This document shows, in pieces, positions 40,901 through 48,260 of a stretch of 64,000 nt of DNA (position 1 is the stretch's first letter; every line of letters begins with the position of its first letter). The stretch is from Candidatus Bathyarchaeia archaeon (lineage in GTDB: Archaea; Thermoproteota; Bathyarchaeia; Bathyarchaeales; DTEX01). The notes under the pieces were generated by a model. The model did not search any database. It was not told the origin of the DNA and worked only from the letters and a program-made list of their open reading frames with translations. Location: contig JAWAXL010000001.1 of the NCBI GenBank assembly GCA_038820405.1, forward strand, positions 1,208 through 65,207, given 5' to 3'. The position numbers and the translations under genes are program-made.

Positions 40901-41374
40901 TGGTCCGGCAAAATATACAGCCAGATATTTTGATCTATCAGCGTTCGTTTTTATCTTAATCTTAGCAATGCCCTCCGTATAAACAGCTACGGTTACGCCC
41001 TCAGTTAATATTGCGAGGGCCGCCCTAATTGCTAAATCTGCAGCCATCTCTATGTCCAAGTTGCCGAACTTTCCAAGAACGATCTCTTCAGCTATCTTAA
41101 AGGCAGCCCTCTCCTTCAATAATTCGGCTTTGGTTAACTTTTTTATTCTCCTCGCCAAGCCAGGCAATCCAATAAGGCTCTCGACTAGGCTGGCTAGGTC
41201 ACTTATTATATCTATTTCTGGATATGGTTTCGGATCAATCCCTTTAGCCCTAGCTTTTCTAGCAACATCATAGAGTTCTTCTAACGATCGAAACATCTCC
41301 ATAAAATACTTTTGGTATTCTCGGGCTACATTATTTGGAACTTCCATTAGATAATCCTCTGCTTTACTCGGCAT
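37919..41374 (-). CDS. dp2: DNA polymerase II (PolD) large subunit DP2
   Basis: 1151 aa. N-terminal YF..M...L..LY..A..ARAKGIDP pattern, multiple Zn-finger Cys clusters (CSKCRK..CTECG, CPKCG..CPVC, CKRCNRRF..CTECGG) and DGDEDS. Length is consistent with no intein. ATG 41347 is an alternative start. Confidence 0.95.
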   Translation of the reverse strand: MPSKAEDYLMEVPNNVAREYQKYFMEMFRSLEELYDVARKARAKGIDPKPYPEIDIISDLASLVESLIGLPGLARRIKKLTKAELLKERAAFKIAEEIVLGKFGNLDIEMAADLAIRAALAILTEGVTVAVYTEGIAKIKIKTNADRSKYLAVYFAGPIRSAGGTEAALTPVIADFVRKLLRLDRYKPTEEEIERFIEELRLYEREVGNFQYSVSDEQIRFALRNTPVEITGIPSDPIEVTLYRNLPRIETNRVRGGALRVVNDGIIGRAAKVLAVVRDLGIEGWDWLKEIKAGAANASSVGFIEEVPAGRPILCFPSARGGFRLRYGRSRNTGLSALGVHPLTMVVLQNFLAGGTQLKIEAPGKAGIVMPVDYIEPPIVKLRDGSVVKVSYENIEVVKRNIEKILFLGDILISFGDFLYNNRELLPASYTEEFWSEELREAIKKEFNGNIEEAASKIGLSPSFLRALMEDPFNNKPGVREAIILSKALNIPLHPLYTFFWSNIDVKQLKMIREWLLSSDIIYEEDIIIKVSGALNLNVKGALEEICIPHKINDNKIVIEGIDAHAFAFSLGVYNSNHIISEDLSVLDNLMALSGIVIKDKAPTFIGARVGRPEKAKEREMKPPVHVLFPVGLSGGARRDLMKAYEKGTIRVDLVSRICSKCRKLTFRRLCTECGLETNLRLICPKCGRELSLNVCPVCNVETRSFCPQVISIKDLIEEACQKVGFRPEEVKGVKGLTNKLRIPEPIEKGILRAKYNLYVYKDGTIRFDTTNAPLTHFKPSEIGISVKKLRELGYTHDYLGNPLNDPEQICELKVQDVIIPWKCAEYLVAVANFIDELLQKVYELPPYYRVSRPQDLIGKIIIGIAPHTCAGVLGRIIGFTRLNVCFAHPFWHSAKRRDCDGDEDSIVLALDTLLNFSKEYIPDQIGGIMDTPLFIIRAVVPEEVQRQAHEFDVAGRYPLEFYRKTFERVQARDISNLIDTVKHRLNSELRLKGLMFTVPTSSIENCNRESVYKTLKRMTDKLNAQLGLAEKIKAVDARIVAEIVLNTHFLRDISGNLRAFATQSFRCKRCNRRFRRVPLKGVCTECGGELTLTVHRGTIEKYLEDAWRLVRKYGIFEYYAQRLSLIKEEINSLFESGKGARQYNLSDFLK

Positions 41375-41675
41375 GAATCCTACAGAGAATAATTGTATTC
41401 CATTTTTCTATGGGATGACCCATAATCCTCTCATAAGTCCTCTTAGCGATCTCTTTTCTTTTCTCGACACATACTTTACATACATTATGTCTCATATCTG
41501 AGGGACCATCACATTGACCACAGTTTAGGAGTAAAGACTCGCCAAGCCCCCTAAGTGTAGTCCAAGCGTACTCACGCTCATCATACTCAGGCTCAAAGTC
41601 CGGCCAAATATCATATATATCTTCTTTACCTAGAACCTTCTTCAATGCCTCAAAATATCGCTCAAAGGAGGTCAA
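41364..41675 (-). CDS. small CxxC..CxxC Zn-ribbon protein, function unknown
   Basis: 103 aa containing NCGQCDG..x9..CKVC. A 4-nt overlap with the upstream GGGPS stop, and it overlaps or abuts the DP2 start. No family recognised. Confidence 0.5.
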   Translation of the reverse strand: MTSFERYFEALKKVLGKEDIYDIWPDFEPEYDEREYAWTTLRGLGESLLLNCGQCDGPSDMRHNVCKVCVEKRKEIAKRTYERIMGHPIEKWNTIILCRIHAE

Positions 41676-42460
41676 GGGCTGTCCACTCCTTTAAATTTAG
41701 TCTTCACCCCCTCTTTTATACCCATGATTACCTCATTAAGTTTGTTTCTAATATTCTCCATCTCCTCATCCTCAATTATTGTCCCGGTTACCACTATATC
41801 AGCGCCAGATTTCACAGCCTCTTTGGCCTGAAGACCATTTCTTATGCCTCCACCAACAATTAGCTTTATGGATATTGCATCCTTAACCATCCTAATCATA
41901 TGTGCAGGTACTGGGTGGCTAGCCCCTGATCCAGCCTCAAGATAAACAAATCTCATACCAAAGAATTCAGCGGCAAGTGCATGAGCAACGGCTAACCCAG
42001 GCTTATTATATGGAATTGGACAAGCTTTACCGATAACTCCTGTTGAGCCGCCCTCTCCAATAATTATATATCCAAGAGGAATTGTCTCTAAACCCAGTTT
42101 CTTGATTACAGGTGCGGCGAGAACTTGAGCTCCTGATATAAAGTATGGATCAGCTGAATTGAGAAGTGACATGAACCATATTGCATCAGCGTGCTCACTG
42201 ATAGCGGTTATGTTATTTGGAAATAATATGACTGGAACGCTCACATTCTCTTTAACATACTTAACAATCTTGTTAAACATCTCCTGGGATATTATTGTTG
42301 TTCCGCCAATCATTATTGCTGATGAACCTAGAGACTCGCTCTCACAAGATATTAAGGCTGCAGTTTCCGGAGTGACCTTCTCTGGATCGATAAGTGTTAT
42401 GTGGATTGCTCCCTCATTATTAATCCTATCCATCAAGTACCTCTCTACTTTACCAACCAT
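41672..42460 (-). CDS. geranylgeranylglyceryl phosphate synthase (PcrB/GGGPS family)
   Basis: 262 aa TIM-barrel with LIDPEK.., YLEAGSGA and LIVGGGIRNG..A..SGADIVVTG motifs. Confidence 0.88.
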   Translation of the reverse strand: MVGKVERYLMDRINNEGAIHITLIDPEKVTPETAALISCESESLGSSAIMIGGTTIISQEMFNKIVKYVKENVSVPVILFPNNITAISEHADAIWFMSLLNSADPYFISGAQVLAAPVIKKLGLETIPLGYIIIGEGGSTGVIGKACPIPYNKPGLAVAHALAAEFFGMRFVYLEAGSGASHPVPAHMIRMVKDAISIKLIVGGGIRNGLQAKEAVKSGADIVVTGTIIEDEEMENIRNKLNEVIMGIKEGVKTKFKGVDSP

Positions 42461-42479
42461 TATTCCATCCTCCTAACGA

Positions 42480-42722
42480 TTAAGTCCCATAAAATTCATC
42501 TATAAGTTGGCAGTACACGTCCACTTCTTTGAAATAAGGTTTTACCACCATTTCCTTGACGTAGCCACAATTCAGGTTACCGCAACGAACTGTCGCCTTC
42601 CTTTCATTATCCTCCTCAGTGATCTCAATCCTAATAGACTGTTGATTACATTTAGGACATAAGAAGACCTTGGGTATTCTCTTCTTTAGTACTTTTACTA
42701 CCTTTCTACGCTTCCTCCCCAT
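42480..42722 (-). CDS. elf1: transcription elongation factor Elf1 homolog (Zn ribbon)
   Basis: 80 aa. Basic N-terminus MGRKRRK.., then FLCPKCN..x17..CGNLNCG. This is the pattern of archaeal Elf1. Confidence 0.7.
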   Translation of the reverse strand: MGRKRRKVVKVLKKRIPKVFLCPKCNQQSIRIEITEEDNERKATVRCGNLNCGYVKEMVVKPYFKEVDVYCQLIDEFYGT

Positions 42723-42851
42723 TCCAGCATCACACCACTAGACAATTACATAGATAGCTACTTTTAGTTCTTAAAAATTTGGGGATGCTATGAAAAACTA
42801 AATATCTTTCTTTTCGTATACAAAGGTGTATCCAAAAGAGGGGAGAATATC

Positions 42852-43346
42852 TTGACAGAGCCCTCACTAAAAGAAGAAATACAAGTATGGTTAACAAGTC
42901 TCAATAAAGACCCAATTTTCAAAACGCTACTAAAAAACAGCAATTTAACTAAAATACAAGCAGAAACATTCTTAATAGACATTTTAGCAGAAAAAATAAC
43001 CAATAAAAAATTAGTTTATGAGGAGAAAGCAAAACTGAGGTCAATAAAATCTGGAGTGAGCCGCGGATCATTTAATAGAACACTAGCTCAGGCAAGAAGA
43101 AATATAATTAGATCCATTTACACAATAATATTGCTAGGTTACCTAGGAATACTAGATGACCCTCGCCTAGAACCCTATATCACAATAGCTAATAAAATCA
43201 AGGCCTATGCTGAAAAGTATAGGGAAATTTGGGAGATTAAAAGAATAGAGGAAGATCAAATAAAGGTGCTACAATCGCTTCAAAATGAGATAGAAAAAAG
43301 ATTGTTGTGCCTATCAAGGCCAAGTGTGCTCTCGGGAAAAATGTGA
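42852..43346 (+). CDS. putative HTH DNA-binding protein (Tfx/sigma-r4-like segment)
   Basis: 164 aa, with TTG start after AGGGGAG. LTKIQAETF.. and GVSRGSFNRTLAQARRNIIRSIYT resemble Tfx-type HTH. The helical C-terminus is not recognised. Confidence 0.4.
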   Translation: MTEPSLKEEIQVWLTSLNKDPIFKTLLKNSNLTKIQAETFLIDILAEKITNKKLVYEEKAKLRSIKSGVSRGSFNRTLAQARRNIIRSIYTIILLGYLGILDDPRLEPYITIANKIKAYAEKYREIWEIKRIEEDQIKVLQSLQNEIEKRLLCLSRPSVLSGKM

Positions 43347-43373
43347 CATCACTGTTACATCACGTGACATCAC
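43343..43373 (+). repeat. three tandem 10-11 bp GTGA-CA-TCAC sites
   Basis: GTGACATCAC t GTTACATCAC GTGACATCAC. The first copy overlaps the stop codon of 42852..43346. Each unit is an inverted half-site pair GTGA/TCAC. Confidence 0.7.
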
Positions 43374-43477
43374 GTTTAAACGATAGATCCATTGATGAGG
43401 GAACAATAATCCAAAACGTAAGGCATTTAAGCCTTAATTAACTGAAATATTGCTGTGATCACAAGTATGATTTGAAT

Positions 43478-43507
43478 GTGATGTGTGATGTGACAAGGTG
43501 ATATCAT
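43478..43507 (-). repeat. inverted set of GTGA-N2-TCAC-like sites over the SD/start of 43506..44171
   Basis: GTGATGT GTGATGTGAC aag GTGATATCAT, overlapping AAGGTGA and ATG 43506. A compressed GTGATCAC lies at 43455-43462. These are reverse-complement relatives of the 43343-43373 units. Confidence 0.6.
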
Positions 43508-44171
43508 GGATATTATATTGATGTTTATTTATGCGATTCTTTTCTCCATAACCTCAGCCTTTTTTCTCATCTATTTTAAGCGACTTAAAAGTATCAATCT
43601 TGAATATACGAGACTTAAAAGGGCATTTGAGGATATAATCTTCAGCTTTAATAAGGATCTCCAAAAGATAGAGGGGCAAATTCAGGAAATTTCAGGAAGA
43701 ATTAGTGCGGAGGGAGCAAGAGATGAAATGAGATCCTTATTTGACTATCTTAAAAGTAAATTGGATGAATTAATCGGATTTAAGGAAAGGGTCTCCGCCG
43801 AGATCGATAAACTATTGGCTAAATATAATGAGATTGAGAATAAAGTTGGGAATTTGAAAGTAATTGGAAATGAAAGAAAATTAAGATTCTATGATGATAG
43901 ATCGGAAGAATACCTCTTACCTAAATTAAAGGAGAATAAACCTCTTGCCCCCTTAACGGCTACTGAGTTAAGGGTTTTAGAGATCCTAGCAAGTGAAGGA
44001 GAGAAAACTGTTCCTGAAATAAAGGATAGAATTGGTCTCACAAGAGAGCATACAGCGCGGCTATTGAAGAGCTTATATGAAAGGGGATACGTGGAAAGGG
44101 TCTCTAATAGGATACCCTACGTATACCGTTTAGCTAGGGAAATGGATGAAATTATCAAGAAAAAGGAATAA
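43506..44171 (+). CDS. membrane-anchored coiled-coil protein with C-terminal winged-helix (MarR/TrmB-like) domain
   Basis: 221 aa. N-terminal TM IILMFIYAILFSITSAFFLIYF, a heptad-like middle, and C-terminal LTATELRVLEILASEGEKTVPEIKDRIGLTREHTARLLKSLYERGYVERV. Confidence 0.55.
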   Translation: MDIILMFIYAILFSITSAFFLIYFKRLKSINLEYTRLKRAFEDIIFSFNKDLQKIEGQIQEISGRISAEGARDEMRSLFDYLKSKLDELIGFKERVSAEIDKLLAKYNEIENKVGNLKVIGNERKLRFYDDRSEEYLLPKLKENKPLAPLTATELRVLEILASEGEKTVPEIKDRIGLTREHTARLLKSLYERGYVERVSNRIPYVYRLAREMDEIIKKKE

Positions 44172-44176
44172 CTCTT

Positions 44177-44587
44177 TTACAGAGACTTTATAATCTCTTT
44201 TAATTCCTGTGATGCTAACCTGAAGAAAACCTTACCTCCATTTTTAGTTTTAAGTAGCATGCCTCTCTTAGCAAGCCTAGAAAGGTATGTTGAGATAGCA
44301 CTTAAGCTGATTGGTTCATTAGTTTCCCTCTCATATACTTCTTGAACATCCTTTGCTGAGAACCATGTTACAGAAAAGCTTCTCTTGACAATAAGGAGAA
44401 TTTTATCCATCTTTGAAAGATCCCAAGAGTATTCGCTTGTTGGCTCTACAACAGGCATCCCACCGAGTAATTCAACAATATCGAATATTTTCTGAACCTT
44501 CTCCCTAGTAACCCTACCCTCAAAACCTATAACGTACTTGTTTCCAGACTCATCGTAAACCTCTACTTTCACCTTTCTAACAGGCAA
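44177..44587 (-). CDS. small protein with C-terminal winged-helix-like domain, adjacent to oriC
   Basis: 136 aa, TTG start after GGTGAAGG. The C-terminus ISLSAISTYLSRLAKRGMLLKTKNGGKVFFRLA is wHTH-like. The N-terminal domain is unrecognised. Confidence 0.45.
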   Translation of the reverse strand: MPVRKVKVEVYDESGNKYVIGFEGRVTREKVQKIFDIVELLGGMPVVEPTSEYSWDLSKMDKILLIVKRSFSVTWFSAKDVQEVYERETNEPISLSAISTYLSRLAKRGMLLKTKNGGKVFFRLASQELKEIIKSL

Positions 44588-44785
44588 CTAAACCTTCACC
44601 GCAATCTCCAGCAATTAAGAATTACACTTCACAAGTTATAAATTATTCGGTTAAATGCTATTCATAAAAAAAGAAAAAATAAAGTTATTTTCAGAATATA
44701 ACAAAAAATTTCAAAGATCTTAGTTAACAAAGTTAACATCAAAAGCGTTGATCCAAATGAAGAAAATAAAGAATTCCTTTTTCTT

Positions 44786-44812
44786 TTCCAGTGGAAACGG
44801 AGGGGTGAGTTC
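44786..44812 (+). repeat. ORB1 origin recognition box
   Basis: TTCCAGTGGAAACGGAGGGGTGAGTTC, a dyad plus GGGGT string resembling the archaeal ORB consensus. Confidence 0.8.
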
Positions 44813-44954
44813 TTAACAAAAAATTAAGTATAAAAAAATGTCTTAATTAAAAAATATGGAAGAAAACAGTTGTTTACATCTCCGGGTTAACAGATGTTCA
44901 CATAACAATTAACACGATTCTTCAGGATATCTTTGCGCTCTTAAGAATATCATC

Positions 44955-44984
44955 AGAGAGACCCCACCATTTCCATTGGAAAAT
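44955..44984 (-). repeat. ORB2 origin recognition box (inverted)
   Basis: The reverse complement reads ATTTTCCAATGGAAATGGTGGGGTCTCTCT, near-identical to ORB3. Confidence 0.8.
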
Positions 44985-45039
44985 AACTCTGCAGTTCCCC
45001 TCAATATGCTTGGAGGTAAAAATACATTTTTTGGCTTAT

Positions 45040-45180
45040 GTTAACTTTACTTATAAATTAAAATTTTTGAATTTGTTATACAAATTTTTGTATAAATGAT
45101 GTTAAATATTATTTTTTCTTCCAATAAATGGGAGACTGTTTTTCCAACATATAATGAAATATATCATAATCTTTAAAACT
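45040..45180. other. AT-rich duplex unwinding element with mini-ORB-like half sites
   Basis: TTATAAATTAAAATTTTTGAATTTGTTATACAAATTTTTGTATAAATGATGTTAAATATTATTTTTT, followed by TTCCAATAAATGGGAG (45119-45134) and TTTTCCAACAT (45140-45150). It lies between the inverted ORB2 and ORB3. Confidence 0.65.
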
Positions 45181-45181
45181 G

Positions 45182-45214
45182 TTTTCCAATGGAAATATAG
45201 GGGTGGGTCTCTCT
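45182..45214 (+). repeat. ORB3 origin recognition box
   Basis: TTTTCCAATGGAAATATAGGGGTGGGTCTCTCT. Confidence 0.8.
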
Positions 45215-45324
45215 TTCTTTAGGACTTTTTACTCTTTAATCTATTTTTTTATACGGGAGCCCTTAATTTTTAGCAAAACACTCCTTATTTTTGCTGACCG
45301 CTGAAGAGGGGTTAGCGAAAGAGT

Positions 45325-46560
45325 ATGAAGAAGACTGACATTCTAGATAATGTATTTGCTCATTTTCTTAAGGGCTCCAGAATATTTAGGAATAGAGAAG
45401 TTTTAAGACATGATTATGTTCCGGATTATCTTCCGCATAGAGAGGAAGAGATTCTTCGTTTGGGTGAGATTACCGCTCACACACTTAGGGGCTCGCCATG
45501 CTCTAACGTTTTTATTTATGGCAAAACTGGTACTGGAAAGACTGCTGTTACTAAATTCGTTTTAAATAAGATTGCCCAGAAGGCAAAGGAGATTAGATCT
45601 CCAGTTAGAGTATGCTTTGTAAACTGCCGTTTGGCTGGAACAGAATATAGAATCTTAGCATCTCTCTGTTCAAGCATTAATGAGAAGGTTCCCTTTACTG
45701 GGTTAGCTGTTGGGGAGCTTTTTGAGAGGTTCAGAAAAAGCCTTGAAAGTCAAGGAATAATTCTTCTTTCCGCATTGGATGAAATTGATGCGCTGGTTAA
45801 GATGCGCGGCGATACATTGTTATATGAGCTCACAAGAATAAATGAGAATTTGAGCAGAAGTAAGGTTTCAATTATAGGTATATCGAATGACCTAAAATTT
45901 AAGGAGTTTCTTGATCCAAGAGTTCTGAGTACACTAAGCGAGGAAGAGATGGTCTTTAAACCGTATACCGCTGAGGAGATTCAGGATATTTTAATGGAAA
46001 GGGCTAGGATGGCCTTTCATGATAATGTATTAGACGAGGGCGCCTTAAAGTTATGTGCAGCACTGGCTGCTGCCGAGCATGGTGATGCTAGAAGGGCTCT
46101 TGATCTCCTGAGAGTTGCTGGCGAGATAGCAGAGCGAAGAGGTGATAAAGAAATTTTAGAGGAACATATTCGTGAGGCTCAGAAGAGGATAGAGCATGAC
46201 AGGGTCTATGAGAGTATAAGGAGTTTGCCAACACACTCAAAAATAGTTCTTCTGAGCACCTATCTGCTCAGCAAATTTGATCCAGACCGATCAATGACTG
46301 GAGAAATTTATAATCTCTACTCAGAGATTTGTGATCAGCTTGGTATAGGAGCATTAACTCAGAGGAGGGTAAGTGAGCTAATAAATGAATTGGATGTTAT
46401 GGGGCTTTTAAACTCACGCATCGTGAGTCTTGGGAGGTATGGCCGAACAAAGAAGATAAGTCTAAGTATCCCGCGAAAAATCATCACGGAAGTTTTTTCT
46501 GAAGATGAAATATTGAAGAGCATGATGAATTATAAGCCTAGATTCCTGACCTCTAACTAG
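45325..46560 (+). CDS. cdc6: Orc1/Cdc6 replication initiator
   Basis: 411 aa. VPDYLPHREEE, Walker A YGKTGTGKT, Walker B LLSALDEID, sensor regions, and a C-terminal winged helix (RRVSELINELDVMGLL). Confidence 0.95.
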   Translation: MKKTDILDNVFAHFLKGSRIFRNREVLRHDYVPDYLPHREEEILRLGEITAHTLRGSPCSNVFIYGKTGTGKTAVTKFVLNKIAQKAKEIRSPVRVCFVNCRLAGTEYRILASLCSSINEKVPFTGLAVGELFERFRKSLESQGIILLSALDEIDALVKMRGDTLLYELTRINENLSRSKVSIIGISNDLKFKEFLDPRVLSTLSEEEMVFKPYTAEEIQDILMERARMAFHDNVLDEGALKLCAALAAAEHGDARRALDLLRVAGEIAERRGDKEILEEHIREAQKRIEHDRVYESIRSLPTHSKIVLLSTYLLSKFDPDRSMTGEIYNLYSEICDQLGIGALTQRRVSELINELDVMGLLNSRIVSLGRYGRTKKISLSIPRKIITEVFSEDEILKSMMNYKPRFLTSN

Positions 46561-46572
46561 CGTCTACTTTTA

Positions 46573-48099
46573 CTAAAGGGAAGTAAAGTTTATTGGGGTA
46601 ACCTCTAGAGTATTTAAGTTAATTATTGGTATTATGCCCGGGTTTGGTATATGTCCCATCTCCTTTTGATATTCTGTTTGTTCCTGAAATGCTCCCGAAT
46701 TGACTACGAGCACACCTCTGTAAATGCTATATTTCATTAAGTGTACGTGCCCTGCATGAAATATGTCTGGAACATGCTCTATGACTAAATGATCAATCTT
46801 TTCAGGGGCTATCATGGTTCTCATACCATAGGTTGGTGCTAAATGCCTACACTGTAAGAGAATCTTCATAGCTTCATCTGGCGATTGGAAGCTAATGTTC
46901 GGGATGGATGCTATAACATCATCTAGACTTCTTCCATGTGTTAGAAGAAAAGTTACATTATGTAGGCTTATAACTGATGGATCACCTAGCATATGAACGT
47001 TCCCCATCTTATAGAGGGGCTCGGCATAATCCTTAGGAATAGCTGGCTGAGGCAGGGCTCTCCTAGTTGCATCATGATTCCCGGGTATAATTATTATCTC
47101 AATATACTCGGGCACCTCCCTGAACAGATCTGCTGCAACATCATATTGTTTGTAAATATCTTTTATTTCAAGCTCCTCGTGTTGCTGTGGATATATTCCG
47201 ACACCATCAACGATATCTCCAGCCATAACTAAATACTTGACCCATCCAGCTATCTCCCTAAGGCGGTTATTACCAATCTCCCCCCTCAACCACGATAAAA
47301 ATTTCTTAAATACCTCTTTCATGAACATCTTGCTTCCAACATGTAGATCAGATAGTAGCGCCGCGTGAATTGGTATAAGGGCTCTCTTTGGTTTTCTCAT
47401 CGGCACTTCTGGCAATATTATATCCTTTACTATGAGGAAATTATCTTTCCCCTTTACAGCAATTATACAGAGAACTTGATCCAAAAGAATTTTTTGAGCT
47501 TTCGTATACACCTCACAGCTATCGGCTGGAACAAAAACTATTGCTTGATCCTCTAAATCTTCAACTTTGAAGAAGATTCCACGTTTTGTCTCACGTTTAT
47601 CCATAATTATGCAGATAATCTTTACATTGGAGTTTTCAGGGGCTTTCAAGGCATCTGCTATGGTGCCAGCATCCTTTATGTCTATTCGACTCTTCAATAT
47701 CTTGCTTATCTTTTTAAACCGGCTCCTAAAATATTCTACACAGTCATTGAGGGATCCCGTTGCACCGATCCTATTAGTCGGGTCACTTATAATCTTTATC
47801 TCGGGCTCAACTTCTTTTGCCCGGGGACTAAAAAATAATTTGCTAGTGATCCCATTAGTGGTTCCGGAAACCTCTAATAGACCATTTTTCTTAATCTTTT
47901 CCTCTATGATCTTTCGGGTTATAAACAGCGGTTTATTTGGGGATTTCTCCATTTCCTTAAGCATATGTTTAAGAAGAAAATCTAGGTTCTCTTGATTTGA
48001 TATAGCCTTTAAAAACTCAAATGCCTCCTTATCAACTTGATAACCAGCCTCGACGATTAAAGATATTGCCCTTTTAAGGTTTTCCTCACTCTCTGGCAT
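46573..48099 (-). CDS. dp1: DNA polymerase II (PolD) small subunit DP1
   Basis: 508 aa. OB region plus calcineurin-like phosphodiesterase motifs LSDLHVGS, AGDIVDG, PGNHD, GHVH. Confidence 0.93.
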   Translation of the reverse strand: MPESEENLKRAISLIVEAGYQVDKEAFEFLKAISNQENLDFLLKHMLKEMEKSPNKPLFITRKIIEEKIKKNGLLEVSGTTNGITSKLFFSPRAKEVEPEIKIISDPTNRIGATGSLNDCVEYFRSRFKKISKILKSRIDIKDAGTIADALKAPENSNVKIICIIMDKRETKRGIFFKVEDLEDQAIVFVPADSCEVYTKAQKILLDQVLCIIAVKGKDNFLIVKDIILPEVPMRKPKRALIPIHAALLSDLHVGSKMFMKEVFKKFLSWLRGEIGNNRLREIAGWVKYLVMAGDIVDGVGIYPQQHEELEIKDIYKQYDVAADLFREVPEYIEIIIIPGNHDATRRALPQPAIPKDYAEPLYKMGNVHMLGDPSVISLHNVTFLLTHGRSLDDVIASIPNISFQSPDEAMKILLQCRHLAPTYGMRTMIAPEKIDHLVIEHVPDIFHAGHVHLMKYSIYRGVLVVNSGAFQEQTEYQKEMGHIPNPGIIPIINLNTLEVTPINFTSL

Positions 48100-48260
48100 T
48101 ATCCCTCAACATTCTGAATTGAGTCTTCCTAAACAAATATTAGTTTATATTATGCTAAAATATTGAGATTTCATGACTGTTACAGGTGGTATTTAAATTT
48201 ATATTATACTATCTCCATAACATTATTTGTTAAGTTTTATCTGTTTAGAAGCGATGTAAA

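Larger units (their letters stand above)
44786..45214. other. chromosomal replication origin (oriC) with ORB elements and AT-rich unwinding region
   Basis: Three ORB-like elements share a TTCCA-N-TGGAAA dyad plus a G-string. Two of them are inverted around a very AT-rich stretch. The region lies immediately upstream of orc1/cdc6 (45325). Confidence 0.85.

Noticed and set aside
37919-41374. Possible inteins in PolD DP2 (and in RNR 29153..31276 and Cdc6)
   Set aside because: Protein lengths (1151, about 708 and 411 aa) are normal for intein-free versions. I saw no Cys/Ser...His-Asn-Cys splice-junction blocks. The many plus-strand track ORFs in 38121-41273 are antisense artefacts.
47567-47995. 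142-aa plus-strand ORF, plus 46993..47232 and 47365..47556
   Set aside because: They are antisense to the well-supported DP1 gene.
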